Below are positions 51,906 through 60,308 of a stretch of DNA of 60,308 nt, piece by piece (position 1 is the first letter of the stretch; each line of letters begins with the position of its first letter). Source of the DNA: an uncultured Gammaproteobacteria bacterium (GTDB lineage: Bacteria > Patescibacteriota > Patescibacteriia > Magasanikbacterales > UBA922); assembly GCA_964566225.1 (NCBI GenBank), contig CAZMHV010000005.1:1-60308 (forward strand), given 5' to 3'. Both the position numbers and the translations under genes were made by a program. Under the pieces are notes generated by a model, which saw only the letters and a program-made list of their open reading frames with translations, had not been told where the DNA came from and did not search any database.

Positions 51906-52559
51906 TTAAGCAAAAGCGTCGAAGATGAATTTGACAAGGGAATAACTACTGAGTATGACAATAACACCAAGCGATGCCCAGAGCATCATTTCGCGTGCTT
52001 TTCCCTCTCGGTCACTGTTTCCTGCAGCAGTCATCCACATGAGCCCCGCAAATACCATAATAGCAAAGGCCAGTGAGCCCATTATTTTCATAACTGTTGA
52101 AATTACGTTTCCAATCGCTTGTTTGAGTGTAAGACCTTGAAATTGGTTGAGCTCTGCGGCTGCTCCAGAGGGAATTTCATATCCTACTTCGTTATTTGTC
52201 TGTACTGATCCTTTATCTACAACATTTTCCATACATTGGCTATAAAAAGCCTGCGCATCAATTTCACATTTGGATCGTTTGGTGGCTTTTTCATTTTCTG
52301 GAAGATTTGTGTCTACAGATTCTTTACAGGCCTGCTGTCTCTGCGCTTTTTGAAGGTCACAGTATTCTTTGGTTCTTTCTTCACTCACCGGTTCTTGAAA
52401 GTGGTTTGTTGGTGCCACACTTTGGTTTTCTTCTGGATTTGATGACTCAGGAAGACTCATGATATCTGGATCAAGGGCTGCTTGTCCAAAAACAAAAGAT
52501 GGTCTCGCCAAAAAAAGAAGAGAAAGAACAAGAAAAAATGAAAAAGATTTTTGGCGCAT
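51906..52559 (-). CDS. secreted protein ending in a pilin-type two-helix core (paralog 12, reversed domain order)
   Basis: Signal peptide MRQKSFSFFLVLSLLFLARPSFVFG, an acidic ectodomain of about 130 aa with 4 Cys, then FAIMVFAGLMWMTAAGNSDREGKAREMMLWASLGVIVILSSYSLV. Confidence 0.6.
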   Translation of the reverse strand: MRQKSFSFFLVLSLLFLARPSFVFGQAALDPDIMSLPESSNPEENQSVAPTNHFQEPVSEERTKEYCDLQKAQRQQACKESVDTNLPENEKATKRSKCEIDAQAFYSQCMENVVDKGSVQTNNEVGYEIPSGAAAELNQFQGLTLKQAIGNVISTVMKIMGSLAFAIMVFAGLMWMTAAGNSDREGKAREMMLWASLGVIVILSSYSLVKFIFDAFA

Positions 52560-52561
52560 AG

Positions 52562-53443
52562 TTATGAAAAATACTCAGTGAGTTCTGCACGCATACTTGG
52601 GTCTTTCATGGCAAAGTGCAGCGCGGCCTTGAGAAGTGCCAGTTTGTCTCCGGTATCAAAGTAAATTCCTTCGTATTCGTAGGCGTAAAATGGTTTCTTT
52701 TTGCATAGGCCATTGGCAGCGTCAGCCACCCAAATTTCTCCGTCTTTACCTTCGCGTTGTTTTTCAAGGTATGCCCAAATATCTTTGGTAAAAATATAGC
52801 GCATACCACCAACAATAAGACCATGTGGCGATACTTGATGAAGGGGAGGTTTTTCACGAAATTCACTCACGCGGTAAGTTTGATTTTTCAAAAAATTTCC
52901 ATACACATTGCCGTATTTTTTGGACATGACTTCTTTGTCTGTAATTTTTTGGACACCAATAACCGATGATTTGTACTTGGTAAATACTTTCATGAGTTGT
53001 TTGATAACTGGTGTTTTTGCGTCGATAATACTATCACCATCAGAGAAGGCAAAAGGTTCATCTCCAATAAACTCTCGTGCACAGAGGAGGGCATGTCCGT
53101 TGCCAAGGGGCGCGGCCTGACGTGTATAAAAAAATCTGACTTTTTGTGAGAGTTCAATGAGCGGTGCCAAGCGGTCAAGCTTGCCTTTTTCGTCAAGGAA
53201 GTTTTCCAGGTCTCTATCTCGATCAAAGTGATCTTCAATAGGACGTTTTTGAGAACTGGTGACAAAAATAATTTCGGTAATACCACTTTGTACCATTTCT
53301 TCTACAATGTATTGAACCACAGGTTTATCGAGTACCGGGAGCATTTCTTTGGGCATGGCTTTGGTAGCAGGGAGGAAGCGTGTCCCCATGCCAGCAACGA
53401 CAATAACTCCTTTTTTTACTTTGGTATTTTTGGAAGAAAACAT
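52562..53443 (-). CDS. galU: UTP--glucose-1-phosphate uridylyltransferase
   Basis: Start at MFSSKNTKVKKGVIVVAGMGTRFLPATKAMPKEMLPVLDKPVVQYIVEE. Its stop lies 2 nt before paralog 12. Confidence 0.85.
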   Translation of the reverse strand: MFSSKNTKVKKGVIVVAGMGTRFLPATKAMPKEMLPVLDKPVVQYIVEEMVQSGITEIIFVTSSQKRPIEDHFDRDRDLENFLDEKGKLDRLAPLIELSQKVRFFYTRQAAPLGNGHALLCAREFIGDEPFAFSDGDSIIDAKTPVIKQLMKVFTKYKSSVIGVQKITDKEVMSKKYGNVYGNFLKNQTYRVSEFREKPPLHQVSPHGLIVGGMRYIFTKDIWAYLEKQREGKDGEIWVADAANGLCKKKPFYAYEYEGIYFDTGDKLALLKAALHFAMKDPSMRAELTEYFS

Positions 53444-53500
53444 AGATGAACAATAATGACAATAGTATATCATATTTTTTCAAAAAGTAACAAAGTTGAA

Positions 53501-53534
53501 AAATAAAAACTCCCCCAAGAGGAGGAGTTTTGTT
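53501..53534 (-). terminator. terminator after rpsR
   Basis: On the - strand: AACTCCtcctcttgggGGAGTT followed by TTTATTTTT. Confidence 0.55.
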
Positions 53535-53560
53535 GGAAATGATTTTTGAAGTGCAGGAAT

Positions 53561-53776
53561 TTATCTTGGAATATATGCCATGAGTCCAGCAACACGAGCT
53601 TGTTTGATAGCCATAGCTGCTTTGCGTTGGTGTTTGGCACAGAGTCCACTGCGGCGACGAGCTGCAATTTTTAAGAAAGATGAAATAAAGCGTTTTAACA
53701 CTTGAACATCTTTATAGTCAACATTTTCAATGTTGTTGGTGCAGTAGTAGCATGGTTTTTTCTTTCTCATTTCCAT
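53561..53776 (-). CDS. rpsR: 30S ribosomal protein S18
   Basis: KKKPCYYCTNNIENVDYKDVQVLKRFISSFLKIAARRRSGLCAKHQRKAAMAIKQARVAGLM. Confidence 0.9.
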   Translation of the reverse strand: MEMRKKKPCYYCTNNIENVDYKDVQVLKRFISSFLKIAARRRSGLCAKHQRKAAMAIKQARVAGLMAYIPR

Positions 53777-53793
53777 AGTATGATTTATTTAAT

Positions 53794-54240
53794 TTAAAAA
53801 GGTATATCTTCAACTTTAATTTCCTCTTCTTCTGGTTCAACCGGAGCTGACGCAGAGCGAGGTGGTTCGTAGCTTGGTGCGTTTTCACTGCCAGCTGGTG
53901 CACCACTGCCGCGTGGGCCACCGAGCATAATCATATTTTCAGCAATAATTTCGGTTCTATATCGTTTTATGCCATCTTGACCAGTCCAGTCACGTGTTTC
54001 AAGGCGCCCTTCAATATAAATTCGTTGGCCTTTGGTTAGGTATTGGCCAGCAATATCAGCGAGCTTGCCCCACAGTACACAACTGTGAAATTCGGCTCGT
54101 TCTTGCTTGGTGCCATCTTGGCCTGTCCACATGCGGTTGGTGACTACTTTGAGGTTGGTCACGGACTGTCCAGAAGGAGTGGTACGAACTTCTGGGTCTT
54201 GTGTAAGTCGTCCAATAAGTGTTACGCGATTGAGATCCAT
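53794..54240 (-). CDS. ssb: single-stranded DNA-binding protein
   Basis: MDLNRVTLIGRLTQDPEVRTTPSGQSVTNLKVVTNR..; acidic tip EEEIKVEDIPF. Confidence 0.9.
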   Translation of the reverse strand: MDLNRVTLIGRLTQDPEVRTTPSGQSVTNLKVVTNRMWTGQDGTKQERAEFHSCVLWGKLADIAGQYLTKGQRIYIEGRLETRDWTGQDGIKRYRTEIIAENMIMLGGPRGSGAPAGSENAPSYEPPRSASAPVEPEEEEIKVEDIPF

Positions 54241-54309
54241 ATGAGTATAAATTAAGAGTGAACTTTAGGGTACCCACAGGTACTCTACCACATTACACCT
54301 AAAGTTTTC

Positions 54310-54876
54310 TTAAAGTCCAGCGATCTTGTCATCGAGGATAGCCTCAAGTTGTTTATCAAATTCTTCTATATTAACTTCTTTTTGGGCTTCTTTCTTTTTG
54401 GTTTTTGGCTCAGATTCTTCGGTTTTTTCACTAGAAACTGTTAACAACTCTTCAGTTTGAGCTGTTTGGATGTCTTTTTTCATGGGTGCTTCTTCTTTTT
54501 CTTCTGGGTTTGCGTGGTTGCCATTTTCACGGTCTTCGTCGTTGCCATTCATGAGAGAAAACAAAGATCCTTTGCTTGACTCACGTTTTGCTGGGTCAAA
54601 TGTGCGTACAACTGTGCGCAAAATTTGGCCAAATAAACGCAATTTTTCTTCAATTTTAGTAATTATTTCAGTACTGGCTTCAAAAGTGAAGACATGAAAA
54701 TAACCATAGCGAATATGTTTGATTGGGTAAGCCAAGCGACTTTTGCCACCAGCTTCAACGGTAACAGGACTAATTTTTTCTGATTCAATCATTGATTTAA
54801 TGGTATCAACAACTGGTTGAACTTCATTTTCTGCTAAAGTTCCAGGCAAAATGGTCAAAATTTCGTAGTGACGCAT
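54310..54876 (-). CDS. rpsF: 30S ribosomal protein S6 with a long acidic C-terminal extension
   Basis: Start at MRHYEILTILPGTLAENEV (inner ATG at comp 54874-54876). RLAYPIKHIRYGYFHVFTFEA. Confidence 0.85.
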   Translation of the reverse strand: MRHYEILTILPGTLAENEVQPVVDTIKSMIESEKISPVTVEAGGKSRLAYPIKHIRYGYFHVFTFEASTEIITKIEEKLRLFGQILRTVVRTFDPAKRESSKGSLFSLMNGNDEDRENGNHANPEEKEEAPMKKDIQTAQTEELLTVSSEKTEESEPKTKKKEAQKEVNIEEFDKQLEAILDDKIAGL

Positions 54877-54988
54877 AAGGGTAAACAATGAAATGCGAGA
54901 AAAGCTTGAAAGGCTTGAACAGCTCATAAAAACGAGCATTTCAAGCTTTTCTGGCCTTTCTAGCGATAAATGAATAAAAGACTGCCAT

Positions 54989-55017
54989 ACTATAACAAGC
55001 AAAGGGGATTTTGTCAA
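54989..55017 (-). promoter_or_regulatory. rpsF-ssb-rpsR promoter (native)
   Basis: On the - strand: TTGACA (comp 55012-55017), 17-nt spacer, TATAGT (comp 54989-54994). It overlaps a divergent + strand TTGTCA..TATAAT element. Confidence 0.55.
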
Positions 55018-55150
55018 GGGGGAATCTGTGGTATAATTTGCCTATCATAATAGAGATAAATACGAGATCATTGAGAAAGTAAAATGATACTAAAAAAGTA
55101 TATATTTCTTAAAAATTTTTGAATTTTAGGTTTTTTGGCATAGCTTGTTT

Positions 55151-56185
55151 ATGAAAATTTTAATTTTGTTTGTTTCTTTTGTCTTGCTCTTGCCAGTTCC
55201 TCTTGAGGCTGCCATGACTGGAGGGAATTTTGAAATTTATGCAGATACTTTTTCGGTTGTTCAAGATAATTTAAGTACTACGGGTGGAGATTTTACACTT
55301 ACCAATAGTGGTGGGGAAGCCTCTGGAGTCCTGGGTAGGACGGCAACCGGTACTATTTACAATCCACTCATTGGAGGGATTTTGAACGGGGGTCAAATAG
55401 TTTTGTCTGATGGTGCAACGGTTACTACCTTTACATTTCGAAATAGAGCTGGAGCGGCAACCGGTAATATTGAAAGTGGAACGGTTACTATTGATACTGG
55501 TGGGGGAGGTGGCGGTGTGGTTGGAACCATGACCGATCGTATTGCGCAGGCTATCAATCATGCAAATGCGCGGTTAGAAATTGATGCGGTGAGTGATGGA
55601 GTAAATACCGTCACCTTGGTGAATACTCGTACTAGTGGAACTGATGGGAATGTAACGATAACGGAAACAGTTGGTGATGCAAGTTTTGTTGTCACCGGAA
55701 TGTCTGGTGGGGGAAATATAAGTAGTGGTGTGGTACTTTCTGGTGGATTTCAAGCCATGGAACGTGCTTCTTTGAGCATGTCTTTGAGCACAAATACTCT
55801 CGGTCTTGGAACTTTGTCGCTCAGCAGTGTAAGCTCTGCGAGTTTAGATATAAATGTTACCACTGACTCTGTGACTGGTTATGCTGTGACTCTGACTGAA
55901 GATGGGAACCTTCGTAAAGGTGCAGGAGGAGTCAACGATGAAATTGAAGATGTAAGTGACGGATCTGTGACTGCAGGTTCTGAAGAATATGGTTTGTTGA
56001 CTACCGGGGTTGCTGGGTTGCTAGCGGTAGATACTGCAATATCTGGGAATCTTTCTGTTGTATCGTACAATACAAGCATTACAAATCAGATTACAACGTT
56101 TACCTTTCATGCTGCTATAGGCAATTCCAGTCGAGCGGGAAGTTATTCACATACGGTGACACTAAGTGCCACTGCCAATCCATAA
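55151..56185 (+). CDS. secreted Gly/Thr/Ser-rich surface protein; possibly a TasA/WxL-like fibre or surface-complex subunit
   Basis: Signal peptide MKILILFVSFVLLLPVPLEA. The mature N-terminus AMTGGNFEIYADTFS recalls the GGxFAxFxD start of SipW-type (TasA/CalY) proteins. The C-terminus SRAGSYSHTVTLSATANP recalls the end of WxL domains. Both resemblances are weak. Confidence 0.55.
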   Translation: MKILILFVSFVLLLPVPLEAAMTGGNFEIYADTFSVVQDNLSTTGGDFTLTNSGGEASGVLGRTATGTIYNPLIGGILNGGQIVLSDGATVTTFTFRNRAGAATGNIESGTVTIDTGGGGGGVVGTMTDRIAQAINHANARLEIDAVSDGVNTVTLVNTRTSGTDGNVTITETVGDASFVVTGMSGGGNISSGVVLSGGFQAMERASLSMSLSTNTLGLGTLSLSSVSSASLDINVTTDSVTGYAVTLTEDGNLRKGAGGVNDEIEDVSDGSVTAGSEEYGLLTTGVAGLLAVDTAISGNLSVVSYNTSITNQITTFTFHAAIGNSSRAGSYSHTVTLSATANP

Positions 56186-56192
56186 TATTTTC

Positions 56193-57071
56193 ATGAAATT
56201 TTCTTTGTATTTCAAAATTTTATTTTGTACAGCACTTGTTTTTTGCTTTCCGTTTGATGCAAAGGCACTGAGTCTTTTACCAACACGCCAAACACTTGTG
56301 ATTGATCCCCACACCACGCAGGTTGCTACTATTACTCTTACGAATGATGAAAAAGAACCACTCAGGATAAAGGGAGAAGTAAATGCATTTCGTATTGATG
56401 AAAAAACTCATCGGGCAGTATTTGATGTTCATGACGAAGCAGAACAGTGGATTACTATTGAACCTCATTTTGTAGATATTTTACCAGGAGAAACCAAAGA
56501 TATTTCTTTTCGCATTACAGTGCCACAAGCCGTGCCTGCACAAGTTCACTACCTTGGTTTATTTGCATCAGTGGCTGCTGCCAAAGGTCAAGTTGGAGTT
56601 GGTTCTCGTGTAGGATCTTTGCTTTTTTTGTATACAGGAGGCAATCTTCAAGAAGAGTCACATGTTGTGGATTTTTCTGCGGGGAGTGACTGGTATTCAT
56701 CATCAAATGCACAACTTTTTTTACAGATTCAAAATTCTGGAAATGTGCATGTATTACCCCAGGGTGGAGTTGTAGTAAAAAATTGGCGGGGAAAGACGTT
56801 AGGGACTTTTGTTCTCAACGAAGAAAGTAAATTTTTATTTCCAAATACTGTTTTAAAAAAAACATGGAGTGTTGCTCTTTCTGCACAGGATATTGGAAAA
56901 CTCACTGCCAGGCTGCAATATGTGTATGGGGTAAATAAACACGTGGAAGTAAAAGAGATCTATTTTTGGTATGTACCTTGGTGGAGTATTGGAATGGTTT
57001 TGGGTGTTTTTCTTTTTGGTACTACACTTATAACAATTGGGTTTGTTCACTTCTTCAAAAGAAAAAAATAA
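56193..57071 (+). CDS. secreted Ig-like/chaperone-like protein with a C-terminal TM anchor (DUF916-like architecture)
   Basis: Signal peptide MKFSLYFKILFCTALVFCFPFDAKA, a beta-rich body, then C-terminal WWSIGMVLGVFLFGTTLITIGFVHFFKRKK. Confidence 0.55.
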   Translation: MKFSLYFKILFCTALVFCFPFDAKALSLLPTRQTLVIDPHTTQVATITLTNDEKEPLRIKGEVNAFRIDEKTHRAVFDVHDEAEQWITIEPHFVDILPGETKDISFRITVPQAVPAQVHYLGLFASVAAAKGQVGVGSRVGSLLFLYTGGNLQEESHVVDFSAGSDWYSSSNAQLFLQIQNSGNVHVLPQGGVVVKNWRGKTLGTFVLNEESKFLFPNTVLKKTWSVALSAQDIGKLTARLQYVYGVNKHVEVKEIYFWYVPWWSIGMVLGVFLFGTTLITIGFVHFFKRKK

Positions 57072-57072
57072 T

Positions 57073-59376
57073 ATGTCTGTGTACGAGTCACAAAAAAGAA
57101 AAGTATACTTTATATTAACAATGAGTCTTTTTGGATTGTTTTTTTCAAAATCAGTATGGGCAACATCTTCTGTGACGATCAATGCTACGGTTCCTGCTAT
57201 TTGTGGAAATACCGTGAGAGAAGGTGCTGAAGGATGTGACGACGGAAATCTTGTAAATGGTGATGGCTGTAGTAATGTCTGTGCCGTAGAAGAAGCCCAA
57301 AATCAAAATAATAATAACAATAACGGTGGTGCTGCTCCGGCTCCTGCGCCTGTGGTACCGGTAGTACCTGTGGTTCCACCACCTGTTCCGGAACCTATTC
57401 CCGTGGTACCTATTGTCCCAAATCCAGATCCTGCTCCAGAACCTGAACCCGTACCAAACCGAGATCCTGTTCAACCGGTTGCTCAACCCAACGATAATCC
57501 TGTTGCTGGTGGAGACAATGCTGGCGGCAATGACGCCAATGCAGACGGTGCAGCTGGTGTAAATAATGGGGAGGCTCAAGGTGGTGCCAACGGTGCTCCT
57601 GACATCGGTGTGATGAATGGAGGCAATAATGGGGCAAACAATGCTGGAGCCGTTCTTCCTCCAATTTTTGCAGAAGCGAGTTCATTCGTTTCATCGGGTG
57701 AGCATATCAAACGGAGTGCACTTCAATTTTTTATTGGCAATGGGTCATTTTTGGCTGAAACGGCAAATGGAATGGTGACAACTGTGAGCGGTGATACGGT
57801 ATTGTTATCACTCCAAGAATATAATTTGGCATCACGACCAATAAAATCTATAACCGTAACTCTCTTTGGAGAAACAAAGACATTGGTTTGGAGTGATCAA
57901 AATCAAAGGTATGAAGTAAATTTAAAAATTGTTCAAACGGGAAAGTTTGACGGGATTATTGGAATTCTCTATACCGATGGTGCTGCTGATAGTCAGACCT
58001 TTGGAGTTCTGGCTCTTGCTCCAGGGGTGATTCGAGACTCACAAACCAAAGCAGGAATTGCTGAAGCGGTGGTTACTTTGGTTGATGTGAGGAGTGGAGT
58101 AAGTTGGAATGCATTGAAATTTCATCAAATAAATCCTGTCCAAACGGGAAGGTCAGGAGTATACAGTTTTGTTGTTCCTCGCGGTCAATATGTCTTGCGC
58201 GTTGAAAAAGATGGTTACCGAAAAAAAGAAATTTCTTCATTTGAAGTCTCTGACTATTTTGTACGAAAAGAAATATTTTTGATTAAAGAAGCTCCAACTT
58301 TCAAAGATGCTTTTCAAGCAAATGCTTCTTTGGGCACCAATATAAAAAATGTTGCGCTCGTGGTAGGTGAAAAAACCAAAGAGTATGCACAAGTGGCCGA
58401 ACAAGCAGTCAAAACGAGTATTGAAGTTATCAACAAAGTTGCTGACGATCCCAAAGTAGAACAAGTGACCAAGCAAGTGGTTGCTCCAACGGTAACAACT
58501 GTAGCGGTAGCAACCGTTGTGCCATCACTGTGGAGTTTGTTGTTGCCACTTTTGCGGTTTGTTTTTTTACAACCAGTACTTTTGCTTGGCAAGAAAAAAA
58601 GAAAAGAGTGGGGGATGGTGTACAATAGTTTAAACAAGTTACCAATTGACTTGGCGGTTGTACGTCTTATTGACAAAAAAACCAAACGAGTGAAGCAGTC
58701 GCGGGTGACCGATTTACAGGGCAGATTTTTATTTATGTCAGAACCTGGTGAGTATACAATTGAAGTTACAAAACCTGGATTTGTTTTTCCGTCACATGTC
58801 TTGGCTGGGGTGAGGAGTGATGGAAAGATGGTAGATATCTATCATGGAGAAACGATTGGTGTGAGTAAGGTGGGTTCTGTGGTAACTCCCAATGTTCCTA
58901 TTGACCCTGGAGGAGAACAAAAAACTCCACAAAGAATTCTCAAAGAAAAAAGGATGCTTTTTGTGCAACATGGAGTTTCTCTTCTCGGTGTTGTTTTGAC
59001 AGCACTTTCTGTCTATGTTTCTCCAACATGGTACATGTGGGTGTTTTTGGGACTGCAATTGGGAATGTACTTTTTGTTTCGACTTTTTGTGAAACCCAAA
59101 AAACCAAAGGGATGGGGAATTGTGTATGATGCGGTCAATAAAAAACCAATTGGCAGTGTGGTTATTCGTTTATTTACCAAAGAATATAATAAACTTGTTT
59201 CAACTCAAACTAGTGATAGTGCTGGTCGGTATGCATTTTTGGTGGGTCCAAGTGAGTATTATATTACTGTAGAAAAATCAGGATATGAAAGTTTTCAAAG
59301 TGAGAGTATTAAGATTGAATCTGAACAGGCTAAAGCGAGTGTTCTCAAGCAAGATGTGTCAATAAAAAAGAAGTGA
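57073..59376 (+). CDS. large surface/membrane protein: Cys-rich repeat, Pro/Asn/Gly-rich linker, carboxypeptidase-regulatory-like beta-sandwich domains and internal TM segments
   Basis: ATG at 57073. CGNTVREGAEGCDDGNLVNGDGCSNVC (myxococcal-type Cys-rich repeat). Linker PAPAPVVPVVPVVPPPVPEPIP... CarbopepD_reg-like VTDLQGRFLFMSEPGEYTIEVTKPGF and SDSAGRYAFLVGPSEYYITVEKSGY. Confidence 0.65.
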   Translation: MSVYESQKRKVYFILTMSLFGLFFSKSVWATSSVTINATVPAICGNTVREGAEGCDDGNLVNGDGCSNVCAVEEAQNQNNNNNNGGAAPAPAPVVPVVPVVPPPVPEPIPVVPIVPNPDPAPEPEPVPNRDPVQPVAQPNDNPVAGGDNAGGNDANADGAAGVNNGEAQGGANGAPDIGVMNGGNNGANNAGAVLPPIFAEASSFVSSGEHIKRSALQFFIGNGSFLAETANGMVTTVSGDTVLLSLQEYNLASRPIKSITVTLFGETKTLVWSDQNQRYEVNLKIVQTGKFDGIIGILYTDGAADSQTFGVLALAPGVIRDSQTKAGIAEAVVTLVDVRSGVSWNALKFHQINPVQTGRSGVYSFVVPRGQYVLRVEKDGYRKKEISSFEVSDYFVRKEIFLIKEAPTFKDAFQANASLGTNIKNVALVVGEKTKEYAQVAEQAVKTSIEVINKVADDPKVEQVTKQVVAPTVTTVAVATVVPSLWSLLLPLLRFVFLQPVLLLGKKKRKEWGMVYNSLNKLPIDLAVVRLIDKKTKRVKQSRVTDLQGRFLFMSEPGEYTIEVTKPGFVFPSHVLAGVRSDGKMVDIYHGETIGVSKVGSVVTPNVPIDPGGEQKTPQRILKEKRMLFVQHGVSLLGVVLTALSVYVSPTWYMWVFLGLQLGMYFLFRLFVKPKKPKGWGIVYDAVNKKPIGSVVIRLFTKEYNKLVSTQTSDSAGRYAFLVGPSEYYITVEKSGYESFQSESIKIESEQAKASVLKQDVSIKKK

Positions 59377-59445
59377 TAAATTTTTTGTTGTGTGATATAA
59401 TTGATACACATGGGGTGAGTCTCTATTTTTTTCGTAAGAAAAAAA

Positions 59446-60308
59446 ATGAAAGAACGAATTTTTACATGGTTCAATAAACATCGTACACAGTATTTTGACT
59501 TGTGTATTTTTGCATTTTTTCTTTTTGTATTTTTGTTTGGGATAATTTCTTCATCAAGAGTTACTCTTGCTGTTGAACAAGGCCCCAAATATGCTCCGAA
59601 TGTTATTACGTATCAGGGAAAGCTTATGGAGAGTAGTGTTGCCGTTACTACTACAAAATCATTTGGATTTTTGATTTACGATGCTGTTTCAAGTGGGAAT
59701 CTTTTGTATACTGCTTCAGGAACTTTGGGGTCGACTTCAACCGTAAGTATTACACCGACCCAGGGTATTTTTTCTGTTGATTTGGGTGGGGCAGGCACCA
59801 ATGAACTTACTTCTTCTACTTTTTCAGGCAATACAGACTTGTATTTAGAAGTGTGGGTAGGGAATACTAAACTTAGTCCAAGGAGACGTCTTACTTCTGC
59901 TCCTTTTGCTTTAAATAGTCAATTTTTATTGGGTATTTCTCCAACAACAACTTCTTCGGGGCTTTATATACCACATTCAGATACGCATGGAAATTTTGTT
60001 TTTACGGGGGATCCTCAATCTTCGGGAGTCGGAGGTGGAGTACTTTATATAAATCCCGGGAGTGCTGATGATGAAGACATGCTTTTGGGTGTTGCCGTGA
60101 ATGGAACTGATAAGTTTCATGTTGATGAAGATGGTGATGTTTGGATCAATGGAACGGCTACGGTATCAAGTTCTTTGCAAGTAAACGATGGTTTATCGGT
60201 AAGTGGTCTTACGACTATGAATACGACAACCATTAACGCTGATCTCACCGTAAAATATGGAACAAATATTGCCTTGTATGTAGATAGAATAAATAGTCGT
60301 GTTGGAGT
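59446..60308 (+). CDS. N-terminal part of a large surface protein (fibre-like); runs off the right edge
   Basis: Not in the ORF track because it is open at the window end. Translation starts MKERIFTWFNKHRTQYFDLCIFAFFLFVFLFGIISSS (TM anchor), then a Ser/Thr/Gly-rich beta-like sequence ..LYLEVWVGNTKLSPRRRLTSAPFALNSQFLLG.. I saw no in-frame stop through 60308. Confidence 0.65.
   Translation, partial: MKERIFTWFNKHRTQYFDLCIFAFFLFVFLFGIISSSRVTLAVEQGPKYAPNVITYQGKLMESSVAVTTTKSFGFLIYDAVSSGNLLYTASGTLGSTSTVSITPTQGIFSVDLGGAGTNELTSSTFSGNTDLYLEVWVGNTKLSPRRRLTSAPFALNSQFLLGISPTTTSSGLYIPHSDTHGNFVFTGDPQSSGVGGGVLYINPGSADDEDMLLGVAVNGTDKFHVDEDGDVWINGTATVSSSLQVNDGLSVSGLTTMNTTTINADLTVKYGTNIALYVDRINSRVG

Noticed and set aside
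57300-57660. A locally G+C-richer stretch that might be an eighth island
   Set aside because: It lies inside the 57073..59376 CDS and encodes a Pro/Ala/Gly/Asn low-complexity linker. The composition follows from amino-acid content, not from foreign origin.
1-60308. CRISPR arrays, rRNA genes, prophage modules, transposases/integrases and toxin-antitoxin pairs
   Set aside because: I saw no regularly spaced direct repeats, no rRNA-like conserved stretches, and no recognisable integrase, transposase, capsid or terminase motifs in any listed ORF.

Overview
This is a 60.3-kb window from an A+T-rich bacterial chromosome. Gene content and composition suggest a CPR/Patescibacteria-like organism, which is an inference. 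The first 28 kb is a run of + strand backbone genes after a partial msrB: a TPP enzyme, an aldehyde dehydrogenase, mutY, two methyltransferases, an MBL hydrolase, a CapA-GH114 fusion, a NUDIX hydrolase, xseA/xseB, transketolase, a DUF2207-like protein, a SET-domain protein and an alpha/beta hydrolase. A - strand block follows. It holds a copper-homeostasis cluster (copA, csoR, copZ, an HMA-permease-cupredoxin fusion, a His-rich membrane protein, a DsbB-like protein) and pyrD. It also holds an anaerobic class III RNR cluster in which the glycyl-radical tail of NrdD is a separate small ORF, a PAS-sigma fusion and comM/yifB. Three tRNAs come next (Gly-GCC, initiator-like Met-CAT, Gly-UCC), then a 9.2-kb tandem array of 12 TrbC/VirB2-type (T4SS-pilin-like) paralogs with an embedded orphan solute-binding lipoprotein, then galU and rpsF-ssb-rpsR. 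The window ends with a + strand cell-surface protein cluster. I recognised no rRNA, CRISPR array, transposase, integrase or phage module. Two things stand out. (1) Seven short G+C-rich single-gene islands lie in the first 21 kb. Each is compositionally foreign, yet each sits behind a host-style TTGACA-N16/17-TAnnnT promoter and ahead of a hairpin terminator; two share a conserved leader hairpin, and one splits xseA from xseB. (2) The pilin-paralog array has a conserved two-helix core, hypervariable and often Cys-rich ectodomains, and signs of recent gene conversion. All functional calls come from reading motifs by eye; no database search was possible.
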